This document shows positions 43,995 through 54,207 of a stretch of DNA of 64,000 bases, piece after piece. Each line of letters opens with the position of its first letter. The first letter of the stretch is position 1. The notes beneath the pieces were generated by a model. That model was given only the letters and a program-made list of their open reading frames with translations, had not been told where the DNA came from and ran no database searches. Position numbers and translations under genes: made by a program. This stretch comes from a virus, in IMG/VR virus record IMGVR_UViG_3300023184_000103, positions 4,273 through 68,272 of that record; one strand, given 5' to 3'.

Positions 43995-46900
43995 TCAAGT
44001 CCGTGCTACGCCTCGTAGCTCCCCGCTGGGTGCATTGGCTGACTTTTTGGCAAAGAGTTATTCTCCAGAGCGCACCCAACAGATGCAGGGCGTGGCAAAG
44101 TTTCTGGATATGCCAGCAATCAGTGAGACTCTAGACCGATTGTCTTATGGCGAGCCACTGACCACTGGTGCTGGAGGACTTGGCGGCACCACACGGTTTC
44201 GCCCTGAGGTGCTTGACGCCGCTATAGCTGTAGCGCCAAGCGCAGGTGCGCTCGGCAAACTTGCTGGCCAAGGGGCTTTGGCAGCAGGGCGTGCCGGCGC
44301 TCGCCTTGCTGAACGCGCTGTGCCAAGGATCATGGAACGTGGCGGTGTGGGCGCTGACATATTGCAAGGCATGAGCAGGGGCACGGTTAGCCCGATGGAT
44401 GTGTACCACGGCAGTCCATACAAGTTTGACAAGTTTGACGCCAGCAAGATTGGAAGTGGTGAAGGCGCTCAGGCGTATGGGCATGGGATATATACGGCTG
44501 AGTTACCGGGGGTTGCTCAAGTTTACAAAGATACGCTTGCTTATAAAGCATTTGATGTTGCTCCAGAAGCTGAAAAACTTGGATTAAAACTTAATGCTGG
44601 TGCAAGGGGTGAATTTATTAGACAAGCCGCAGTAAATAAATCTCCAGAGGCAAAGGCAAAAAGTTTGCAAAATGCAAATATTGCAGCTAGAGATTTACCA
44701 AAAGAAAAATTGGCTAAATTGTTTAAGGCATACGAGGAACAAGGCGGTGGAAACCTATACAAAGTAGACCTACCAGACGAGCAAATCGCCAAGATGCTGG
44801 ATTGGGATAAGCCGTTAAATGAGCAATCACCTTATGTGCAAGCAGCAATAAAAGCATCAGATCATCCAATGATGAAATATTGGGCAAAAAAATCTGTTGA
44901 GAATTCAGCTTACAACGGAGCTGATTTATTAACAAGGTTGGCAGGCGAAAAAAGCGATAGAGTTAATGCCTCTGAATTGTTGCGTCAAGCAGGAATCCCC
45001 GGCATCAAATACTTAGACGCTACAAGCAGAGGTGCTGGCACAGGCACCCGCAACTTTGTCACCTTCCCCGGCGAAGAACAAAACCTGACCATCTTAGAGC
45101 GCAACGGTCAGCCTATGGTTGCTCCAGCAGTGCCAGAAGAGCACAAAATGTTGCAGGGGTTTTACCGAGGTTATGCAGGTGAAAACCTTGACACACCTGA
45201 GTTGTTTGTTTCTCCACAAAAACGTATTGCTGATTATTATGCTGATAAACGCGCAAGGCAAACAGGCACAGAGCCCCATGCTGAGATGCTGATGGTTGAC
45301 CCGTTTGCAGGGGTAACTTACGGCCACAGCACGATGGGTACAGGTAGGGAGCCGCCCATGTTCACTAACGCTCGCAAGATAAAGCCGGAAGATGTAGTTG
45401 AGAGCACTCAGCTTTACCAATCAGGTGGCGTTGTCAAGTTGTTAAAAAGTATGCTGAGTGGGGGTGAGGCTGCTGCGGTTGTTGCTGCTGAGAAAGCGTT
45501 GACTGCCGCTCAACGTGCAGAGGCTGGCCGTGCTGCTGCAGCACTCATCAAGTCGCAGGAACAGGTCAAGGCATCTGAGGCACTTGGTCAGCAGATGGAG
45601 AAGGGCTTCAAGCGCACGACCACAACGCAGGCTGACCGCACCCGTGTGGGCGGCGGCAATATTGGTGGCGCACCATTTCCCGCCCTTAGCCAAGCTGACC
45701 CAGCTTATGCCGGCAAGGTGTGGGGCGTGATGGACGAGGGGACTGCCTCAAGGCTCAAGAACCTGACGACACCTGACACCGCTTGGACAACAATGCTTGG
45801 CTCAGCAACTCAACTCAAGACCAACCCTGTGGTTTTTGATAAGCTGAAACGCCAGTTCATTGAATCCATGAAGCAGGGTAACCTGTCTGACGAACTAGCT
45901 GGGAAGATCAATCACAACTTATCGCTGACCTTTGGCGAAGGCGCTGACATCCGTGACCCAGGCATCTGGAAGCTGGCTGACACGTTTGAAAAACGTGCCG
46001 CACTAGCTGACGCAATGATGGGCCAAGGCATTGCCCCAAGCAAGGGAGGCGTTGCCCTTGGCGGCGAGAAGAGCGGACGCGGAGTGATCTTTCGCCCAAC
46101 TGATACGCTCATTAGAGAGACTGAACCCTATCTGCTCCCTGTTGAATTCGGCGGCAACGTGCCGACCTATGCGGCTGGCCCCCGCCTGTTCTCACTAGAG
46201 CAGGAGTCAATGTATCGACCTGACTTGCACCCCGGATTCCCTACCCTGATTAAAGGTGAGGACTTAGGTGTCAACATGGCTCCTACGCCCACTGAGGTTT
46301 ACTTGCCTGACTGGCATGCTAAGTTCAAGAAGGACAACCCTGAGCGCCAAGCCCCCGGCTACTACGACCTTGCTTTGGGCGTAAAAAATGAGGGCTTGCC
46401 AAGCCAAGAGCTCAATGACGAGTACATTCGCCATTTGTTGCGTGAGGGGTTTGCTGAGGGCGGTGCAGTCCATATGGAAGACGGCGGTGCAGCCTTTGGC
46501 GTATTCCCGCAGATGAAGCCCCGCCGGGCACTGCAAGACCGTGAGGCTGCAGCCAACGCTCCACTATCTGCACTCCGAGGCTACGCAGCAGGCACTGCAG
46601 GATTGCCAGGAGACATTGAAGGATTGGCCCGTATGGCAATGTCTCAAGTGCCCTCACAGTTCCTTAATGCTCTACCTGCGCTACGTGCATTTGGCATAGG
46701 TAGCAGGGCAGACCCTACACCGCAGCTACCAACCACTGAGTTCTACAACGAGTACCTGCCGGGTGCTCAGCTAAACGCAACCCCGACCGGCAAAGCATTT
46801 ACTACGGCAGGCAATGCGCTCGGCGGCACAGGTGCTTTACGCATTGCAGGGCTAGGCGTTAAGGGAGCTAAGGCAACAGGCCAAGCACTAGGGCCAACAG

Positions 46901-48756
46901 CAGCACGAATGGCTGAGGATTATTTGCAGCGGCAAGGTTTGATGCCCGGTGTCATCAAACCGTTCGGCGGCAACTTCCTGACCGGGCGGACTGAAAAGGA
47001 TTTGAAGCCCTTGAGGCAAACAACTGCTGCCGGCAGTGACGCTACTGAAATTCTTCGGCAAATGCGGGAAAAATACACTCCTGAAGCAATTGCAAGTTTG
47101 CCAGAGCACATGAGGGCGCGTATTGTTGGCAACATTGTGGACTTGGAAAAAGACGCCGCCCTCAACAAGTGGGTTGACAGCAACCTGACCAATTACGTCA
47201 AGAAGCAGATGGGCACGCCGGATGACCCAGTGCGTAAGCTGGCTGAGCAAGGCATTACGCACAAGCCTGCGCTTTTAGATGAGTACTTACACGAGCCGTT
47301 TAGTGGCCCTCAATTGCGCCGTGCTGAAAATGTCCAAGAAAAGCGCAGGAAAGCCGGATTTCCTGAGGAAGGTCTAGGCCAATCTCCTATGGCCAAGGCT
47401 TGGGAGTTAGCTTCTGACGAGGTTATTGCAACGCATCGAGCTGGTGACATTCAAGGAATGCCGGAGCGATATGCCAAGTTTCAAGAAGCTGAGCAAAAAA
47501 TGCGGACTGCCAGAGAGGCGGTTGATAGGAAATTTGCACAGCAGATGAAAAATGCTGGGATTGAAGACCCAGAAAACGGCATATATTACGGGATTACTAG
47601 TGCTGAAAAAGCAAAAATTGTTGGCGATACGGATCTGGCAAAAGCCAACGCTGAGTACAAATCGCTTCAATCGCCAATGATGGAGTCTTACATAAGGCTA
47701 GGGAAAGAGAACCCTTGGATCTCCAAGGTGAACCCAGAGACCCCGGTGTACACGTCATTCACCAACGACCTTGGCTTTGACCACATCATGGACGTGCTGC
47801 GCGAAGATGTGACTGCCGGACGCATCCGCCCAGATCAACTTAACAAAGTCAGCATGGAGCAGGCCGTGCGCCGTACTTATGAGTACGACCAAGAACTGGC
47901 GGCCAAGGCGAACGCTAGCAGGGCTGCGGCTCGAGAAGGACTGCCAACCTACAAAGAGTATCCTGAAGGCTACAAGTGGATTGAACTCAACCAGCCCGGA
48001 TCGTTTGCGCAAGAGTCCGAGGCCATGGGACACTCAGTCAGGGGCTACGAGCCGCCCAAGGGTCATCCTGACTGGATTGAGGCTTCAGGTGATGCTGGGA
48101 GCTCTAGCTACGGCCACGGAGGCTGGGAGGCCATCAAAAGCGGCAAGGCCAAGGTGTACTCTCTGGTTGATCCCAAGGGCGCTCCGCATGCAACGGTTGA
48201 AATCAAGCAAATAGGAATGACTCCAGAGCAACGCCAGTACAAAGTTGGATTTTTAGCTACGCAATTAGAAAAAGAAGGACAAACGGCGGAAAACGCATTG
48301 CGTCAAGCTGAAAAAATTTATCCAGACGAACTTAAAGAAAGCATTACCCAAATCAAAGGCAAAGGCAACCGCGCACCTAACGAGGAGTATTTGCCCTACG
48401 TTCAAGACTTTGTGAAAGGCGGTCAGTGGTCTGGTGTTAATGACTTGCAGAACTCCGGGTTGCTTCGAATTGGAGACAAGTATGTGGACGAAAACAAGTA
48501 CCGCGAGGTGGCTGGCAATTTGAATCCAGATTACATCAGCAACTTGATTAACAATCGCGTAAAAGATCTTTCACCAGATGATGCAGAGATCATCCGCCGT
48601 TTGCAGGAACCAGAGCCCGGCTTTGCCCACGGCGGCTTAGTGTCAACCCATTTTGACCCAATTAGAATCAAACAGATCATTGCCAGCTTGGATGATGAGT
48701 ATGATCCTGAACGAATTCAGCAAATAGTTGCGCAACGTGAAAGTGCATATGCCTAA
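43984..48756 (+). CDS. Large polyvalent protein (ADP-ribosyltransferase-like modules, C-terminal PcfJ-like domain)
   Basis: YHGSP..FDKFD..KIG.GEG.QAYG.G.Y.AE; FYRG...FVSP....A..YA; E...MGHSV...VYSL.D..G.PHATVE...QIKGKGN. Confidence 0.7.
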   Translation: MPRDQVRATPRSSPLGALADFLAKSYSPERTQQMQGVAKFLDMPAISETLDRLSYGEPLTTGAGGLGGTTRFRPEVLDAAIAVAPSAGALGKLAGQGALAAGRAGARLAERAVPRIMERGGVGADILQGMSRGTVSPMDVYHGSPYKFDKFDASKIGSGEGAQAYGHGIYTAELPGVAQVYKDTLAYKAFDVAPEAEKLGLKLNAGARGEFIRQAAVNKSPEAKAKSLQNANIAARDLPKEKLAKLFKAYEEQGGGNLYKVDLPDEQIAKMLDWDKPLNEQSPYVQAAIKASDHPMMKYWAKKSVENSAYNGADLLTRLAGEKSDRVNASELLRQAGIPGIKYLDATSRGAGTGTRNFVTFPGEEQNLTILERNGQPMVAPAVPEEHKMLQGFYRGYAGENLDTPELFVSPQKRIADYYADKRARQTGTEPHAEMLMVDPFAGVTYGHSTMGTGREPPMFTNARKIKPEDVVESTQLYQSGGVVKLLKSMLSGGEAAAVVAAEKALTAAQRAEAGRAAAALIKSQEQVKASEALGQQMEKGFKRTTTTQADRTRVGGGNIGGAPFPALSQADPAYAGKVWGVMDEGTASRLKNLTTPDTAWTTMLGSATQLKTNPVVFDKLKRQFIESMKQGNLSDELAGKINHNLSLTFGEGADIRDPGIWKLADTFEKRAALADAMMGQGIAPSKGGVALGGEKSGRGVIFRPTDTLIRETEPYLLPVEFGGNVPTYAAGPRLFSLEQESMYRPDLHPGFPTLIKGEDLGVNMAPTPTEVYLPDWHAKFKKDNPERQAPGYYDLALGVKNEGLPSQELNDEYIRHLLREGFAEGGAVHMEDGGAAFGVFPQMKPRRALQDREAAANAPLSALRGYAAGTAGLPGDIEGLARMAMSQVPSQFLNALPALRAFGIGSRADPTPQLPTTEFYNEYLPGAQLNATPTGKAFTTAGNALGGTGALRIAGLGVKGAKATGQALGPTAARMAEDYLQRQGLMPGVIKPFGGNFLTGRTEKDLKPLRQTTAAGSDATEILRQMREKYTPEAIASLPEHMRARIVGNIVDLEKDAALNKWVDSNLTNYVKKQMGTPDDPVRKLAEQGITHKPALLDEYLHEPFSGPQLRRAENVQEKRRKAGFPEEGLGQSPMAKAWELASDEVIATHRAGDIQGMPERYAKFQEAEQKMRTAREAVDRKFAQQMKNAGIEDPENGIYYGITSAEKAKIVGDTDLAKANAEYKSLQSPMMESYIRLGKENPWISKVNPETPVYTSFTNDLGFDHIMDVLREDVTAGRIRPDQLNKVSMEQAVRRTYEYDQELAAKANASRAAAREGLPTYKEYPEGYKWIELNQPGSFAQESEAMGHSVRGYEPPKGHPDWIEASGDAGSSSYGHGGWEAIKSGKAKVYSLVDPKGAPHATVEIKQIGMTPEQRQYKVGFLATQLEKEGQTAENALRQAEKIYPDELKESITQIKGKGNRAPNEEYLPYVQDFVKGGQWSGVNDLQNSGLLRIGDKYVDENKYREVAGNLNPDYISNLINNRVKDLSPDDAEIIRRLQEPEPGFAHGGLVSTHFDPIRIKQIIASLDDEYDPERIQQIVAQRESAYA

Positions 48757-51310
48757 AAATACAGACCTGACCATTGAAGATGATGAAGACGAAATCGTTG
48801 AGGTAGATGATGACGAGTCAGACACCGAGGATACTGATGACGGTGGAGCAATGGTCAAACTCAAGAACGAGGATGACCAACGGCAAAAGCAAGCGCACTT
48901 TGCCAACATTGCTGATGAGGTTGACCAAGGTGACTTGCAAGACGCCGTTACAGACCTGCTAGACAAGGTTGCCAAGGACAAGGACGCACGGCAGAAGCGG
49001 GACAAGCTGTATGAGGAAGGCTTGCGCCGTACTGGTTTAGGTGACGATGCACCGGGCGGGGCTCAGTTCACTGGCTCAACAAAGGTTGTCCATCCCATGC
49101 TAGTGGAAGCCTGTGTTGACTTTAGCTCTCGAGTGATGAAGGAGATTTTCCCTCCCGGCGGTCCTGTCAAGAGCAAGATCTTAGGCGAAAAAGAGAAGGA
49201 CAAAGTCGCCAAGGCCGAGCGCAAGACTGACTTTATGAATTGGCAGACTACTGAGCAGATGCCCGAGTTCAGAGGTGAATTAGAGCAACTCAGTACGCAG
49301 CTGCCTTTGGGCGGTGCTCAGTACCTCAAGATGATGTGGAGCACTCAATACTTGCGACCATGCGCTGAGTTCATCCCCATTGATGATGTGTACCTGCCTT
49401 TTGCGGCCACCAACTTCTACTCAGCAGAACGCAAGACCCATGTCCAGTACGTGACCGAGATGGAGTACCAGCGCCGTGTTAGGTCTGGGATGTACATTGA
49501 CGTTGACCTTGGCTCACCAGAACAGCCAGACTTCAGCAAGGCATCAATAGCCAATGACAAAATTGAAGGGCGCAAGGACACCTCCTACAATGAAGACGGT
49601 CTGCGTACCATCTTTGAGATCTACACGCACCTAGACTTTGGCGATGGTGTTGAGCCTTACATCATCAGCATTGACAAAACCAGCGGCAAAGCTGTGGCAC
49701 TGTACCGCAACTGGGAGCCTGAAGACGAGCGCCGTGTAGAGCTTGACTGGATTGTGGAGTTCCCATTTGTGCCTTGGCGTGGTGCTTACCCTATCGGCTT
49801 AACACACATGATTGGTGGCTTGTCGGGTGCAGCCACAGGCGCACTACGCGCCTTGCTAGACTCAGCGCACATTCAAAACATCCCAACCCTGCTCAAGTTG
49901 AAGGGTGGCCCTGGTGGACAGACGCTCAACGTCCAGCCAACTGAGGTTGTGGAGCTTGAAGGCGGTGCGCTTATCGATGACGTGCGTAAGCTAGCAATGC
50001 CACTGCCATTCAACGGACCGAGCCCGGTACTGTTCCAACTGCTTGGTTTTGTCGTTGACGCTGGTAAGGGCGTTGTGCAGACCAGCTTTGAGAAGCTGAG
50101 CGATGCCAATCAAGCGCAACCTGTTGGTACAACCTTAGCTCTTATTGAGCAGGGTATGGTGGTCTTCAGCAGCATCCACTCCCGCATCCATAGCTCAATG
50201 AGCCGTGTTTTTAAGATCCTGCACCGGATTAATAGCGCCTACCTAACCATTGAAGACATCAAAGCCCAAGCATCCGGCTTAGACGTCAAGCCTGAAGACT
50301 TTGACGGCCCGATGGATGTTGTGCCGGTAAGTGACCCAGCAATTTTCAGTGAGACGCAACGCTTTGCTCAGACTCAAGCAATCATACAACGCGCAGCAAC
50401 TGTGCCGCAAATGTATGACCAGCGCAAAGTTGAGCAGATGTTTTTGCGCACACTGAAGATCAGTGCTGACGATGTACTACAACCTGCTCCTGGCACCGAG
50501 GACATTGACCCAGTAAGCGAGAACGTGGCTGCCGTAATGGGAACGCCTGTTTACGTCTTACCACGGCAAGATCACATCGCTCACCTCAAAACACACTTGG
50601 CGTTTCTAAAGTCTCCGCTATTTGGCCAGAACCCGGCTATCGTCAAAACGTACATGTTCCCAATGGCCACTCACCTGCGCGACCACTTGCTGAACTACTA
50701 CCTGACCGAGGCGCATGAGGCAGTAGACGTTGCGCAGAAGAAAGACTTGATTGAGAAAGAAGCAGAGCAGCAGGTGGGCGTGATCTTGAAGGTGCAGCAA
50801 ATCATTGAGCAGCAGCTTGGTGGCTTTGCCCAAGAGTTGGCACAGATTGACCAAGCCGCTCAGCAGTTCAAGCCCCAGCCGCCTATGCCGCCTGACAGCA
50901 GCATGCAGATAGCTCAAATGAATGCACAGTTGCAAGGCCAAGCACTGCAGCAACGCACACAACTTGACCAAGCAAAAATGCAGCAGGCCGCTCAAGCTGA
51001 GCAGGCAAAAATGCAGCAGACCATACAAGCTGAGCAGTCCAAACTGCAACTGGAGCAAGCCAAGTTGCAACTGGAGCAAACCAAGATCCAGCAAGATGCC
51101 CAGCAAAATGCACAGCAGATGACTGCAGATGCTCAGCAAACAATGCTCAGAGAGCAAGCAGAGAACGAACGCACAAAGGTTGAACTGCAAACCCGCTATC
51201 AAATGAACACAGACGACAACAACACCGCCCTACGTCTAGCCGCAACCGAGCTAGCCACAGGCGAGAAGTTTGCCGTCTCAACAGGCACAGGCGTCAATCC
51301 CGGCGCTTGA
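48749..51310 (+). CDS. Portal protein
   Basis: HPML.EA...F......FP.GGPVK, GTT.AL.EQ, C-terminal Gln-rich coiled coil; likely start 48749. Confidence 0.85.
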   Translation: MPKNTDLTIEDDEDEIVEVDDDESDTEDTDDGGAMVKLKNEDDQRQKQAHFANIADEVDQGDLQDAVTDLLDKVAKDKDARQKRDKLYEEGLRRTGLGDDAPGGAQFTGSTKVVHPMLVEACVDFSSRVMKEIFPPGGPVKSKILGEKEKDKVAKAERKTDFMNWQTTEQMPEFRGELEQLSTQLPLGGAQYLKMMWSTQYLRPCAEFIPIDDVYLPFAATNFYSAERKTHVQYVTEMEYQRRVRSGMYIDVDLGSPEQPDFSKASIANDKIEGRKDTSYNEDGLRTIFEIYTHLDFGDGVEPYIISIDKTSGKAVALYRNWEPEDERRVELDWIVEFPFVPWRGAYPIGLTHMIGGLSGAATGALRALLDSAHIQNIPTLLKLKGGPGGQTLNVQPTEVVELEGGALIDDVRKLAMPLPFNGPSPVLFQLLGFVVDAGKGVVQTSFEKLSDANQAQPVGTTLALIEQGMVVFSSIHSRIHSSMSRVFKILHRINSAYLTIEDIKAQASGLDVKPEDFDGPMDVVPVSDPAIFSETQRFAQTQAIIQRAATVPQMYDQRKVEQMFLRTLKISADDVLQPAPGTEDIDPVSENVAAVMGTPVYVLPRQDHIAHLKTHLAFLKSPLFGQNPAIVKTYMFPMATHLRDHLLNYYLTEAHEAVDVAQKKDLIEKEAEQQVGVILKVQQIIEQQLGGFAQELAQIDQAAQQFKPQPPMPPDSSMQIAQMNAQLQGQALQQRTQLDQAKMQQAAQAEQAKMQQTIQAEQSKLQLEQAKLQLEQTKIQQDAQQNAQQMTADAQQTMLREQAENERTKVELQTRYQMNTDDNNTALRLAATELATGEKFAVSTGTGVNPGA

Positions 51311-51328
51311 CACATAGGAGAAACCGAA

Positions 51329-51457
51329 ATGAACAATACCCCCGCAGTCCCAATGAATAACGGCGCAGTCAAGCAACACCACCGCATGGCGGCAGGAGAG
51401 CCTGTAACTGGCCAGACCTTGCCTGCACCACCCGCAATGCCAAAGACGCCTGCGTGA
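51329..51457 (+). CDS. 42-aa protein (not in ORF track)
   Basis: AGGAG RBS; MNNTPAVPMNNGAVKQHHRMAAGE...; GTGA overlap with next gene. Confidence 0.6.
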   Translation: MNNTPAVPMNNGAVKQHHRMAAGEPVTGQTLPAPPAMPKTPA

Positions 51458-51651
51458 GAATAGAAGACGTTTTATTGCATCGGCTTAAAGCCGCGCAAGC
51501 TAGTTTTGCGCTTGAATCACTCAAGCGTCCCCAAAACCGCGATAGCTTTGAGTACGGCTATCGCGTGGGCGTCGTATCCGGTTATGACGCAGCGTTAGAT
51601 GTACTTTTTAACATTTTGGAAGAGGAGAAAAACAGTGGCAATGACTTATGA
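51454..51651 (+). CDS. Small conserved head-module protein
   Basis: FEYG.RVG...G...A helical hairpin. Confidence 0.65.
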   Translation: MRIEDVLLHRLKAAQASFALESLKRPQNRDSFEYGYRVGVVSGYDAALDVLFNILEEEKNSGNDL

Positions 51652-52042
51652 GGACGCACTAGCAGAGGCTTTTCCGGCTGCAGAAGCCGGCATTCAGCCT
51701 TTTGGGAGCCGTGTTCTGGTACAAATTCGTAGTCCCAAACAACGTACTGCTTCGGGCATTATTTTGGATGTTGGCTCCCGAGACACTGAAAAGTGGAACA
51801 CTCAGGTAGCCAAAGTCATCTCAATTGGCCCTTTGGCGTTTAAGAACCGTAACACTATGGCCAGTTGGCCGGAGGGTTCTTGGTGCGAGGAAGGTGAGTA
51901 TGTGCGAGTTGCCAAGTATGGTGGTGATAGGTGGGAAGTTCCCATGTCAAATGGCGAATCGGCGCTGTTTGTAATCTTTAATGACTTGGACATCATCGGG
52001 CGAGTTAACGTCGATCCGTTGTCCATTCGTGCATTCATCTGA
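51641..52042 (+). CDS. groES: GroES/Cpn10-like co-chaperonin
   Basis: IQPFGSRVLV, TASGIIL, AKVISIGP, KYGG, IFND.DI.G. Confidence 0.88.
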   Translation: MTYEDALAEAFPAAEAGIQPFGSRVLVQIRSPKQRTASGIILDVGSRDTEKWNTQVAKVISIGPLAFKNRNTMASWPEGSWCEEGEYVRVAKYGGDRWEVPMSNGESALFVIFNDLDIIGRVNVDPLSIRAFI

Positions 52043-52055
52043 AAGGAGATGAGAA

Positions 52056-52976
52056 ATGGCTGAAACACTGAATGAGCAAGACGAGGACATTAAAAAGACC
52101 ACGGAAGATATTGTCATTGTGGAAGACAAACCACAACGTGACGATGCTGACGAAGATGATGACCGCATTAAGGCTGACGAAGACAGTGGCACTGATTCTG
52201 AGCGAGAAGCAATCCGTGAACGCCGTAGGCTAGAGAAAATTGAGCGCCGTGACCGCAAAGACAAGGCCATCACCCGCGACAAAACGGAACTAGACTTCCT
52301 CCGCAAACGCAATGATGAGCTAGAACGCCGTATGGGGGCGCAAGAGCAGCGTGCTCACCAATCTGACTTGCAAAACATTGATGCACATATCAGACGTGCG
52401 CAAGAAGAAGCTGAATTGTCAGACCGAGTCATTGCCAAGGCTGTTGAGTCAAGCAACGGTGCTGATGTAGCGCAGGCGCTGAGGTATCGGGATCAAGCAC
52501 TAGCCAAACTCAATCAACTGAATGCCATCAAGGCGCAAGCAACACAAGTTCAGCCAAAGCCGCAAGCGCAACTTGATGAAACTTCCATGCGTCATGCAAA
52601 AGAATTCATGGCTGAGAACCCTTGGTATGACTCTGATGGGCGTGATGAGGAGAGCGCAATTGTCTTGGCGATTGACAAATCGTTGCACCAAGACGGATAT
52701 GACTCCAAATCTGACGAATACTGGACAGAACTCAAACGTCGTGCCGCTCGCCGATTGCCGGAGCGGTTTAAGACCGAAACACGAGTTGCTCGAGGTGGCC
52801 CTGCCGTTGGCTCTGGCCGAGAACATGCGCCAACCTCAACTCGAAACGAGGTTTATATCAGTCCAGAACGAAAGCAAGCTCTGATTGAGGCTGGTGTGTG
52901 GGATGACCCCATTTTGCGCAAGAAATACGCTGCTCGATACGCAGAATACGACCGAAATCAACGCAGTCAAGCATAA
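52056..52976 (+). CDS. Scaffold-like protein
   Basis: Acidic N-terminus, long coiled coil, NPWY, upstream of capsid genes. Confidence 0.65.
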   Translation: MAETLNEQDEDIKKTTEDIVIVEDKPQRDDADEDDDRIKADEDSGTDSEREAIRERRRLEKIERRDRKDKAITRDKTELDFLRKRNDELERRMGAQEQRAHQSDLQNIDAHIRRAQEEAELSDRVIAKAVESSNGADVAQALRYRDQALAKLNQLNAIKAQATQVQPKPQAQLDETSMRHAKEFMAENPWYDSDGRDEESAIVLAIDKSLHQDGYDSKSDEYWTELKRRAARRLPERFKTETRVARGGPAVGSGREHAPTSTRNEVYISPERKQALIEAGVWDDPILRKKYAARYAEYDRNQRSQA

Positions 52977-52996
52977 ATATTTTATTTTTTGAAAAC

Positions 52997-53031
52997 GGGG
53001 TTATAATCCCCCTAATCGCTGAAAGGAGCGA
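52997..53031 (+). promoter_or_regulatory. Putative promoter (TATAAT 53002-53007) and RBS-containing hairpin
   Basis: gggg-ttataat-cccc; tcgct-gaaagg-agcga overlaps the AGGAG RBS. Confidence 0.5.
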
Positions 53032-53033
53032 AT

Positions 53034-53564
53034 ATGTCCGACGAACGCTTAAAGAAATCCGCTGGTGACAACCGCGAACAACGCGCTGTGCAAGACCGCA
53101 CGGCGACTGAGAACCGTGAGTTGTCCGATGATGAGCGAGTTGAAATGTTCCGTCAACAGTTTTTTCAGTCCTCGTTACCTGATTTACCAAAGCTGCCCGG
53201 CTGGCATCCTTGCTGGCTAACAACGACGAACCCACGTGATTCAATCCAAACACGTATCCGCTTGGGCTATCAGCCCATCAAGCCAGAAGATGTTCCTGGC
53301 TGGGAATACGCCACCCTTAAAACAGGTGATTGGGCAGGATTCATTGGGGTCAATGAAATGCTTGCGTTTAAGTTGCCCATGAGCCTGTATGAAAAGTACA
53401 TGCGCGAAGCCCATCATGATGCCCCTCTGCGCGAAGAGGAAAAGCTCACAGATACGGCTGATTTCTTGGAGCAACAAGCACGATCATCTAAATCGAAGTT
53501 GACGCTGGGCGACGGTAATACAGAATTGGGACAAAAGCGGCAAGCTCAGTTTGATCTTGCTTGA
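53034..53564 (+). CDS. Conserved head-module protein
   Basis: LP..PGWH.CW, R..LGY.P, IGVNEM.AFK.P. Confidence 0.7.
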   Translation: MSDERLKKSAGDNREQRAVQDRTATENRELSDDERVEMFRQQFFQSSLPDLPKLPGWHPCWLTTTNPRDSIQTRIRLGYQPIKPEDVPGWEYATLKTGDWAGFIGVNEMLAFKLPMSLYEKYMREAHHDAPLREEEKLTDTADFLEQQARSSKSKLTLGDGNTELGQKRQAQFDLA

Positions 53565-53594
53565 CAGACTTTTAACCATCTTAGGAGAAAGCTA

Positions 53595-54194
53595 ATGTCT
53601 TCGACTAGCGCACCCTTTGGTTTTAGGGCTAGTTTCCACAACAGTGGTCAAATTCGTCCCAAAGCCTATGTTATCGCGAGCGGCTATGCTGCCAACATCT
53701 TTCAGGGCGACCCTGTAAAGCTGGTGGACGCTGGCGTTGTTCAACTCGGCACGTCTGATGGTACTCGTTCGGGTACTGTTGATGGTATTTTGCTGCTTGG
53801 CATTTTTGCCGGCTGCCAATACACCGATTCTTTGGGCAAACCCACCATATCACCGTTCTGGCCTACCGGCACTACAGCAACGGATGTTACGGCTTGGGTC
53901 TACGACGATCCAGAAACTTTGTTTGAAGTGCAGTACACCAATCCGGGTACACCTGGCACCACGACAATGCAAACTGCCGTTGGTGAGGAAATGGACTGGA
54001 CGGTGGCTTCACCGGGTGGCTCTACCTCAACGGGTTTGTCAAACACCCAAATCGGCGTCATCCAAGCTACTTCTGGTCAATTCCAGTTGACTGGCTTTGC
54101 TGGCGAAATCAACGACTCCCTGACAGATGCATATATTGTAGCTATTGTTCGTATCAACGAGCACATCTACAAAGCTGCTGTCAACTCAATCTAA
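53595..54194 (+). CDS. Capsid decoration/minor capsid protein
   Basis: APFG.R, IF.GD.V, G.F.GC.Y, V.DDP...F.VQ; immediately upstream of MCP. Confidence 0.7.
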   Translation: MSSTSAPFGFRASFHNSGQIRPKAYVIASGYAANIFQGDPVKLVDAGVVQLGTSDGTRSGTVDGILLLGIFAGCQYTDSLGKPTISPFWPTGTTATDVTAWVYDDPETLFEVQYTNPGTPGTTTMQTAVGEEMDWTVASPGGSTSTGLSNTQIGVIQATSGQFQLTGFAGEINDSLTDAYIVAIVRINEHIYKAAVNSI

Positions 54195-54207
54195 GGAGGG
54201 CTAAAAC

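Noticed and set aside
50618-51202. Long antisense ORFs (also 3694..4359, 6133..6735, 6621..7307, 54652..55143 and similar)
   Set aside because: They are shadows of well-supported plus-strand genes with biased codons, and show no recognisable motifs.
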